Shown here in pieces: positions 54,908-64,000 of a DNA stretch of 64,000 nucleotides; the first letter of the stretch is position 1; every line of letters starts with the position of its first letter. Made by a program: the position numbers and the translations under genes. The DNA is taken from the NCBI GenBank assembly GCA_027923505.1, contig BROI01000012.1, positions 186,001-250,000 on the forward strand, written 5' to 3'. Source of the DNA: Mayamaea pseudoterrestris. Its lineage: Eukaryota. Under the pieces are notes generated by a model. It searched no databases. It was not told where the DNA came from and saw only the letters and a list, made by a program, of their open reading frames with translations.

Positions 54908-55369
54908 ACTACATTGCCAATGCTTTCCTTGTCCCTGCCGACAAGATTTTCTCCACTCGTCGTTGCGTTGGCTCACCTTGCTCTGGATCGATTTGTTGTG
55001 TGTCGGCCATGGCGGCCGCAAAGCGTGGAAGACACGCCGAGGGACCCGGAGAAATCGCTGATCGGTTGAGCCATAACGACCAAATAACGGTTAATCGAAC
55101 CTCAAGTGTATGACTGCGACATGGGGTTTTCGAGGTGCTTAGCTAGCCTCGCGTTGCTAAAATTGGCACCGTCAAAGCCACCAGCGCAAGCAATAGACAG
55201 TATACATAGCTACAACAGCATATGGAATGATAATTCGTCGGTTACAGCTGATATATTGCACGAAGAAGCCACTCTTGCACCGACTCATTCGCCAAAAACT
55301 CGCACCACCACCTTTCATCCGCCTCTCCAGTTCGCTCCATACACAATCATCAACAAAAGCGCAATCATA

Positions 55370-56242
<873 letters not shown>

Positions 56243-57000
56243 GGTAATGTATTTATACTAGTATAAAAAGACAAGAGAGTGACTGAAGAAAAGAAAACGA
56301 GTGAGCAAACAAATTAATGACGAGCAAGATTCCGTCGCATCGCGATATTCTCGTGTCAACAGGGAATCCGGCAGCCCGCGCGAAAATGACTCGACCGATG
56401 ATGCATCGAGCCAGCAAACTCCTGCCGCCATTCAAGCTGCCTTCTTCGTCCCGCATGCAAGCTAAACTAGCCATGCATACATTCATACATATGCATGTAC
56501 TTGCTCTCTTGCGATTCATTTCCATGCCTCTCCCAAACAATCTCACCTGTCAATGCAACCAACTATCGTGTGAGTGGGAGCGTCTCGAATGGTGCGGAGC
56601 CTCCACGCAGCGTCTGTCATTGGCTCGTGATGACGATGCACTCGTGAATGAGCTGGCAGTACCGCTAAGACTCTCTGATGTCGGCGCGCGCGCGCGTAGT
56701 CACCTGCCGCCAACCGGCGCATCGCAAAAAATCGGGCCAGCGAAACTGGAGAGAGAGTAGTAAATGTAAATCAAAACGTTGGAACGAGTCAAGTGACATA
56801 CTCATTGTAGCGCAAAAGGGTTGCCAAGAATAAGGCTCAACAACGAAAACGAGTCGACGACGACGGAACGTTTGGTGATTCGTCGGTCCATCATCGCAAT
56901 TCGCAATAGCCATCGTACCTCCTCCTGTTCCAGCAATCTCGCCTTGACTACAACAATTAACGTCAAACTCATTGGCTGGGGTCACTAACTGGTAGCTCCG

Positions 57001-59991
57001 ATGAATGTTGTTGTTTCGCCATCGAAACAGACAAAGCCGCAGCAAGTTGCTCCATCGCCTCGCTTGTCCATGGGCAGTCTCTTTCGGCGCAAGGGATCGG
57101 AACAGCAGCAGCAGCAATCTACAAAAGACAGTGACGTCTCAAAGCCTCGCAATCAGCAGCAGCAGCAACAACCATCTACGCCGCGTCGCAACTTGATTCC
57201 AAGGGCTCTTCGTCGCGAGCCAAAGAGTCATCCGCAGGACAAGTGTACTGCCGACAATACGCACGAGTATTCTGTAGCAGCCACACAGATTCCCACCATT
57301 GTATTAGACCACAAGCACAACGCCGCTCGCAGCTACTCGCAGTTCGACCATGCGCAGTCGCAGCATGAAATGAGTCCACACCGGGCCGGCTTGTTTCGCT
57401 GGCAGGACCAATTGCTGGCGGAGGACTCGCTGCGCGTCAAGCGCGTCCAGCAAATGACAAAGGAGCGTGACGGCTTTTGTCGCAAAATCGATGACTATGA
57501 TGGACAAGTTATTACGGTGGAAGGTCAGCCGGCGTATGAACTGGGCAACTACTTGGGTGGCGGTGTGGCGGGTGTCGTCTACGAGGGACATCGCCTGCGA
57601 CCCATGGAGGATTATCCGGTGCGACTGGGAAACGAGTTTGGTGGTGGTGATTGGAGACATGGAAATGACTCGTTTGATGGAAACAACATGATGCCTCCGA
57701 CGCGGGTCGTTCGCATGCCGGCGGGCGTTGTAAATGCAGACGATGACGATAATGGCGGCAAGCCGCCAGTGGAACGAATCAGTTTTTCAGTGCAGAGCCT
57801 ACTTTGCTTGCCTGACTGTGGTGGAGACGACGATAATAATGAAGACGGTCCAACCGAGACGGTGGGTGTTGAACAAGATTCGTCCTTTATCGATCACGTG
57901 GATCGCGTCAGTTCCCTGCTGACGGCCAACGACATTGATGATTTGCCAAACTCCATGCGCACCTGGTCCATGCGAGGTAACGGTTTCGAACACACGGAGG
58001 AAATGGCGCTGGAAGCGACGGCGTCGGATGACCAGCATGTGATCATTGACAAGATTGACGCTCCCTCGCGCAGCAAGCATTACGCCAAGGCAGTCGCCAG
58101 TATGGCAAGCTTTGCCGATGACAATATGAGTTGCGATGCATCCTTTTGCAATACCATTATGGAGGAGACTGTTGCAATCAAAATATTGAATCCAGTTGGT
58201 TTTCGAACGCTGGGAACAGACATGACGAATACAGCAGTGGTGGCTCGGCCTGGTCGGGGAAGTTGGGATGCTTCCAAACCAATGGAGGAGTCGCATGTTT
58301 GGTGGCTGGTGCATCCAAATAGTCGCAATCTACGGACGCTGCAAAAGTACACGGCGAATGGAACCAAGGCAAGCACGCCGACGGCGACGCGCCGGGTTGA
58401 AGTGGACCGAGGATCGCCCGACAAGGGATTACGTATTTCATTGATTGCTGCCTATAAAGATGCAAAGACGGGTGAATTAAAGGAGCTTCCACTGACACGA
58501 TGCATTGAAATTTGGGGCCATGTTCCGTTTGGCGCCTCGGATGAGGAGTTTCGCGATATCATGCAGGCGATTGACCACATTAACCAAGGACTGCCGCCAC
58601 CGCCTCTGGGATTTGGAGAAGATGGTCGAGTTGGCACTGGTAGGACTATGAACACTACCGTCTCTGGGTCCGACAGTTTGTATGATGAGCAAAAGAGCAT
58701 GGCGAGTCTACCCATGACGGCCAAGCGCACTGGAATCTTTCGCGCTGCCTCGACCGAGCGCAAGACGGTCTACTGCGACGAGCTGAATGCATACATTGCC
58801 TTGCCTGCTGTTCCTTCCAAGTACTTGAAATGGTTGAGGCAACGGCGGGCAGCGACCAAGGAGATTCGCAACATGATGCGGATTGGCCGACATCGCAACG
58901 TGGTTCATTTATTCGAAGTACTTGAATACATTCAAGACACCAAATCGACCATGTTCCTTATCTTGGAACTTGTGCGGGGTGGAGAGTTGTTTGATTTGAT
59001 TAGCAGCAACGCTGCCAAGATTACCAGCACGGACAAAATTCCGCCAGGCTTCAGTGAGACGGAGACTGTCATGCGCAAATTCTTTCTCGAGCTGGCCAGT
59101 GGGGTAGACTTTTGTCACAGCAATGGCAGAATCTGTCACAGGGACCTCAAGCCCGAGAATTTGCTCGTTCATAACGCCAAGAATGGAAGCTGCATGCTAA
59201 AGATTGCTGACTTTGGACTCTCCGCATCCTTTGGGCCATCGAGCAATGTGATGAGTGACAATGATACAGTAATTGAATCGCTGGCGCCGGCAGATGGATC
59301 ACTGGCGCCGTACACGCAAGATCGCGATACCTCATACACTTCCGTCGATGATGCAAACATTGGTACCGGAGTTACTGCTGCTGCCCCAACGCCAGCGCGA
59401 GACCTTATGAATGTCGGGAGTAGTGCACTGGCATTCCTGACGTGTGGCGCCATGCAGGACATTCTTGATGGAACCTGCCTGGACCCAACTGTAAAGCAAG
59501 AGGCCACCATTGATCCGTCTCCGTTAAAGCGCATGACATCGGTTGTCGGATCTCCTCATTACGTGGCTCCGGAAATCATCTCCCAAACCGATAGCAAGCG
59601 CCAGAAATCCAACGGCGAATGTAAACCAGTTGGATACGATGGCACCAAGGCGGATGTTTGGAGCGCTGGTGTTATTCTATATGCCATGCTATTTCGATCG
59701 CTGCCATTTGGCGAAGACTTGCTTCGATGCCCCCGCTATCAGTCATACAAGAAGTGGTACGATGAAGTTATGAAGGTACATGGAAGGAGGAGCATGCCCT
59801 CTGGCGCCTTGAATCCAGTCATTACCGAAGCGGACGAGCGCGACTTTCTCGGACCTCAATGGTTCTTTCCATCCCACTCGAGCCCAGAGTCTCGAGACTT
59901 AATCGTCTTTATGTTAAATCCTGATCCTGATACCCGACCGAGTATTCAGCTCGTGTTGCAGCACCCATGGCTCCTCAAGCAAGGGAGGTAG
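57001..59991 (+). CDS. CAMK/SNF1-like Ser/Thr protein kinase with large intradomain inserts
   Basis: LGGGVAGVV, VAIKIL, HRNVVHLFEVLE, LELVRGGELFD, HRDLKPEN, DFG, GSPHYVAPE, DVWSAGVILY. Confidence 0.92.
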   Translation: MNVVVSPSKQTKPQQVAPSPRLSMGSLFRRKGSEQQQQQSTKDSDVSKPRNQQQQQQPSTPRRNLIPRALRREPKSHPQDKCTADNTHEYSVAATQIPTIVLDHKHNAARSYSQFDHAQSQHEMSPHRAGLFRWQDQLLAEDSLRVKRVQQMTKERDGFCRKIDDYDGQVITVEGQPAYELGNYLGGGVAGVVYEGHRLRPMEDYPVRLGNEFGGGDWRHGNDSFDGNNMMPPTRVVRMPAGVVNADDDDNGGKPPVERISFSVQSLLCLPDCGGDDDNNEDGPTETVGVEQDSSFIDHVDRVSSLLTANDIDDLPNSMRTWSMRGNGFEHTEEMALEATASDDQHVIIDKIDAPSRSKHYAKAVASMASFADDNMSCDASFCNTIMEETVAIKILNPVGFRTLGTDMTNTAVVARPGRGSWDASKPMEESHVWWLVHPNSRNLRTLQKYTANGTKASTPTATRRVEVDRGSPDKGLRISLIAAYKDAKTGELKELPLTRCIEIWGHVPFGASDEEFRDIMQAIDHINQGLPPPPLGFGEDGRVGTGRTMNTTVSGSDSLYDEQKSMASLPMTAKRTGIFRAASTERKTVYCDELNAYIALPAVPSKYLKWLRQRRAATKEIRNMMRIGRHRNVVHLFEVLEYIQDTKSTMFLILELVRGGELFDLISSNAAKITSTDKIPPGFSETETVMRKFFLELASGVDFCHSNGRICHRDLKPENLLVHNAKNGSCMLKIADFGLSASFGPSSNVMSDNDTVIESLAPADGSLAPYTQDRDTSYTSVDDANIGTGVTAAAPTPARDLMNVGSSALAFLTCGAMQDILDGTCLDPTVKQEATIDPSPLKRMTSVVGSPHYVAPEIISQTDSKRQKSNGECKPVGYDGTKADVWSAGVILYAMLFRSLPFGEDLLRCPRYQSYKKWYDEVMKVHGRRSMPSGALNPVITEADERDFLGPQWFFPSHSSPESRDLIVFMLNPDPDTRPSIQLVLQHPWLLKQGR

Positions 59992-60168
59992 CACTCGGGT
60001 TTGGTTCGTTATCGGCTTCACCTGTGTCAACTTTGCTAACGTGTGAAAATCGACTTTAAACTTATATCAAGCCGCTAAAGTTATTTTTTGTCTGCATTCG
60101 TCTATTTGAGCAGAGCCTGCACCGCTCGCTAATTGTTTTATAAAATTTTATTATGCTTTTCGTATGTT

Positions 60169-62121
60169 CTATTGTATGTTGATTGTGTATGGGATCGAAA
60201 ACCAATCCAGTCGTCCTTTTATAACCTTGCCGCTGCTTCGGTACGACCAATTTGAATTCGTTCGAGCATTGACAACGTGAGATTGCGGTGGCCCATTTGG
60301 AGATGCATTCGCTGGCACATTCTTCCACCCTTGGTCAACTTGCGCCGAAACGAGCACAACAATCGAATCTCCCGACGTGAACTCTGACAAGTCTACAGAA
60401 CCTTGGAAAAGCGTCCCTGCACCAGAATCGTTCGAAAACAAACCAAGCCCCTGCTTGACGCTCGTCACTGTGCCCTGCTTGAATCGGCCCGACACATAGG
60501 CAGCGCTTGGCTGCGAAACGCAATCAAGTGGTTCCTTCGATGGATTCTTCCATTTGGCAAACCAAATTTGCGTTGCATCGACCGTCATGCCTCCGCCCAC
60601 TTGCCACGAAAGTGAAACAGTTGAAGGTGAAGCGATCGTTAGCTGCCGACTCCGTTGGCACTGTAACTTGTTGCGTTTCTGCGACGGCACAATGTCTTGA
60701 CCCAGCGCTTGCCCATTGACGCTGGCGATTTTAACGTACGGTTCCACTAGTTCGGCCGACATTAACGCAATTCGCAGGACTCGCGAAACGTATCCATTTC
60801 CAATGCTGGTCGGACTCAGTATTTGCGCTGAGTTCCCGAGAGTTGATGCTTGCGGCGACTTGTCGTTGCTAACTTCCACGAGAATGTTAAAGGCCCGCAG
60901 TGTACCTGCATTGTAGGCGACTTTGGATGCCGGATATCCGGCGCAGGCAGTGTTTCGATGTTCATCCCACGAACCTGCGTACGCCCAGTCCTCCATGCCG
61001 CCACGGACTGGATAAACTACCTTGTTGGAAATGCCGTAGGCATACGTTCGACTTCCTGAAAATGATCCGCCCATGTGGCTGTAGGCGGCGGAAATTTCAT
61101 CCTGCGCGTAATGATCGGGTGACAAGCCGTCGTAGGATGGCGCGCCCCACTCGTAGCTGAAAATGGTGAATGAACGAGCGAGAGAAAGTGAGTATTGAAC
61201 GGATCAGCCGATGCTTTCAGTCCAGAAACAGCCTGATGTACGCCATGCTCAACAAATCACTGTTAATGCATCCAATTCACTCAAGACATACCTAATTACC
61301 TCCATTCCACCATGCAGCGTCAATGTCAGTTGAAACATGTGTTTTCGAAAGATTTCGTTCAACGTCCTGGCTGCCACCGACTGCATGCAAGGTGCGGCCC
61401 CACTTTGCGGTAGCAAATCGTACGGAAAGTCGCGGTTGGGATCAATGCGATTCTCCTCGCGCTTGTTTTGCGCGTAGCCTAGGGCGTTGGCGGTTGGCAC
61501 AATGACGATGCGACGCGTCGACACCAGTCGCGCGAGCCACTGGCGCTGCGTCTGATCCACGTTGTAGACTTGCAGCAAGTAGTCTTGGCAGGTTGACGTC
61601 AACTGCGCCTCGCAGCTTGCTGCTAGCAGCAGCAAATGAGCAGCCTCCATGACGGATGCTGGTCCGACTCGTTCGTCGCCGTGCACTTCACCCGACCAAA
61701 GGACTTCGGGTAGTCTGTTGGACGAAGCGCTACCAGGAGGATGCGCCACATAGTCTTGAACGTATAGAATGTGATTCAACTTGCCGCCTGCGGCTGGTAG
61801 ATTAAATTCATCTTGCGCGGTTGTCACGCGAAGAAAGTTGGGAAACTCCGTCGCCCACGCATTCGCCTTTTCTCCAATCTCGTCAAAGGTATACAAGGCA
61901 AAGTTGAATGGGACTGCACTTGTTGTTACTAGTTTTCGTTGTTTCCTGGAGCGCATCAAGGATCTGCTTGGCGTAATGATCGACTCATCGGCTTCTTCTG
62001 CATCTTCCAGAGCCAGAGCAAGAGTGCTCTCGCTGTCGTTGCCATTCAAGCGAGAGCAGCAATCCAGCAGGACGAGCAGCAAGGCTAGCCCAAGCACTAG
62101 TAGTAGAGGAACCTTTACCAT
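60169..62121 (-). CDS. M14 zinc carboxypeptidase (secreted/anchored); intron 61157..61291
   Basis: N-terminal hydrophobic segment; HGDE, DPNRDF, TLHGG..IS|YEWG, YPVRGGMEDWAY, LVEVS. Confidence 0.9.
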
Positions 62122-62410
62122 GGCTCGTTAGAGTTGCAATGACTGAACCTAGAACCAGTCGGGGTCCGTTGGTCCCATTGTTTGCAAAGAATACGGGGCG
62201 GAGAGGCGAATGCGAGGTCGTCATCAGGAGGTCACGGGGTTAATTAAAAAGGAGTCGTGAATGACCGTTTACTTTAGGATGACTCCGCGAAACAACGCTG
62301 TCGGACTGGTTCAAAGTAACCATTGCGACATCTCACTCGCGGGTCGCCCGAATGTTTCGTCGCAGAAAAAGACAGTGCGTTACACTTGTGTTCAAAGCTT
62401 CCCTTGACAT

Positions 62411-63397
62411 ATGAACGAAGCGGAAAGTGATCATGCTAGCGACTGCATCAATGACAAAGAGATGACGGATCAAGTCGAGTCATCGCCGCAGCATGCCGAC
62501 GATTCCGACGAGACTCTTGCGTCAAAGTTGCGACAGCAGCTCACATTGACGACGACGAATGATACTACTATAGATCAGTCTAGAAAAGCTTCAGACGACA
62601 ATGCACCGCTTCTACTGCTGTGTGACCTTGGCTATGGTTTCCCCAAGGAGGCGCGCCCGCGCAAGGAAAAGATGCTAGCCATTGCCAAACAGCTCGTCAA
62701 CTTTTTGTCGTGGCAACATGAAACGTACAGCAGCCATGCTAATAGTAAGGTCAAATATAATATCAAGCTTCGTTTGGCGCACGTCGTACTGGTGGACTGC
62801 AACGAAGACGGCGTTCAAGCTGCGCTGCTGGAACGAATGAAGGAAATTTGGCGTCGAGAGCGTTCCAATCTTGACTTTCCTTCGAACCTTTACTTTTCCA
62901 AGCAATCACTACAAGACTATGCGAATGACTACAATAAATTGCCCGACTCCAGTGGAGACGATGTCAGTGAAAGCAGCCATATCAAGAATCCCTCCTTGAC
63001 GCAGCAACTGTTGATTTACCTTTCGCCCGACGCAGAGCAAATACTTGATACAGTTTCTGCGCCACCTCGAGCGCTGGTCATTGGCATGCTAATTGACCGA
63101 CGCATACAAGTGGAACGAAGCTTGCAGCGATCCAGTGACTTGCACATTGCGAGTGCACGCTGGCCGACGCTACCTGGACTGGATCCCAAGGAACCATTCA
63201 ACGTTGACTGCATATTGGAAGGAATGCAGCAGTGGGAGTGGAACGTTGCAGCAGCAGCAGCAGGCAAGGGCGACGCGCAAAGTGATGTATCTGGATCCGT
63301 CAATGACGACTTTACAAGTGACTGCTTTCGGAGCGCCGCCATGCAGGCCTACCAACGCCATCAGGCGCGACATCCGCAGCGTCCAAAGCACAAGTGA
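62411..63397 (+). CDS. Trm10-like tRNA m1G9 methyltransferase domain protein
   Basis: IYLSPDAE..LVIGMLIDRR..SARWP..FNVDCI motifs. Confidence 0.8.
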   Translation: MNEAESDHASDCINDKEMTDQVESSPQHADDSDETLASKLRQQLTLTTTNDTTIDQSRKASDDNAPLLLLCDLGYGFPKEARPRKEKMLAIAKQLVNFLSWQHETYSSHANSKVKYNIKLRLAHVVLVDCNEDGVQAALLERMKEIWRRERSNLDFPSNLYFSKQSLQDYANDYNKLPDSSGDDVSESSHIKNPSLTQQLLIYLSPDAEQILDTVSAPPRALVIGMLIDRRIQVERSLQRSSDLHIASARWPTLPGLDPKEPFNVDCILEGMQQWEWNVAAAAAGKGDAQSDVSGSVNDDFTSDCFRSAAMQAYQRHQARHPQRPKHK

Positions 63398-63759
63398 ACG
63401 ACTAGCATTCTCAAAGTATCAGGATAATCTTAACAAGTTATGCTTGTCGTCTGGTCGATGCTACACGGCAATTTACAGACTGGAAGGAGGTACGATGAGC
63501 AATCAGCTCATGCTCGGGATCGTTGCTGGCTTGCTGGCCCATGCGACTGCGTACGACTACATATAATAGATATCATCAAAGTACTCCATTCAATTATGTA
63601 TAGAAATTCGTTGTAAAAAGGTCAACGAGCGTGAATTCAGTTTGCGGAGGAATGCCTTACTCGTCCATGCCCAGTCGTTGTCATCGCTCACTTGTTTACA
63701 CATCATTCCGTCATAGTATTCCTTCGCCAATTGCCAGTCGCACACATTCTCCATATAAT

Positions 63760-64000
63760 CTACCACCCCGTCAATGCCTGATCATCCGCATTGAGCATGA
63801 ACAAACTCGCCGGAAGCATTCCATTCACTCGCAACACTTGACTCGTCACAATCCATCCAATCCAAAGTGTACATACGATTGCCGCGCAGTACTGGCACCG
63901 ATGCACCCACTTTTGCGCCTCCAACTTGATTTCCTCCGGCGTCAAGACTGGAGTAGCGTCTTCGGGAAAGTGGTCGTCCGCGTTCAAGAGTCCTTGCTGC
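63760..64000 (-). CDS. C-terminal end of a membrane protein (runs off the window)
   Basis: Open frame to the window edge with hydrophobic AAIVCTLWIGWIVTS; stop at 63760. Confidence 0.55.
   Translation of the reverse strand, partial: QQGLLNADDHFPEDATPVLTPEEIKLEAQKWVHRCQYCAAIVCTLWIGWIVTSQVLRVNGMLPASLFMLNADDQALTGW

Overview
Gene-dense eukaryotic nuclear DNA, most likely from a diatom (inferred from short GT-AG introns, bipartite plastid presequences on LepA/GUF1 and a DUF1995 protein, and poly-Q/poly-A tracts). About 28 ordinary genes (Trm3/TARBP1-like, GST, ARM protein, HBS1, HMG-box, LepA, SEL1, RING, DnaJ-X, NSUN5, V-ATPase E, MYND, UBC4/5, CAMK-like kinase, M14 carboxypeptidase, Trm10 and others) flank a ~12.6 kb island at ~21.75-34.35 kb that is mostly CpG-poor. 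The island holds an uninterrupted ~1,800-aa Helitron2/Helentron-type Rep(HUH)-PIF1 ORF with no endonuclease and a candidate 3' hairpin. Upstream of it is a ~5.8 kb block of three tandem arrays (~347 bp, ~145/175 bp and 174 bp units) that share a ~174-bp periodicity, are bracketed by an inverted copy of the 174-bp unit, and include a seemingly exact 978-bp higher-order duplication. Other points of interest are a decayed receptor guanylate-cyclase/kinase-like pseudogene (6.5-8.0 kb), an intron that seems to end in AA rather than AG, a TGACGT cluster upstream of the HMG-box gene, a CudA-like transcription factor, and a kinase domain split by three very large inserts. All calls were made by eye without database searches.
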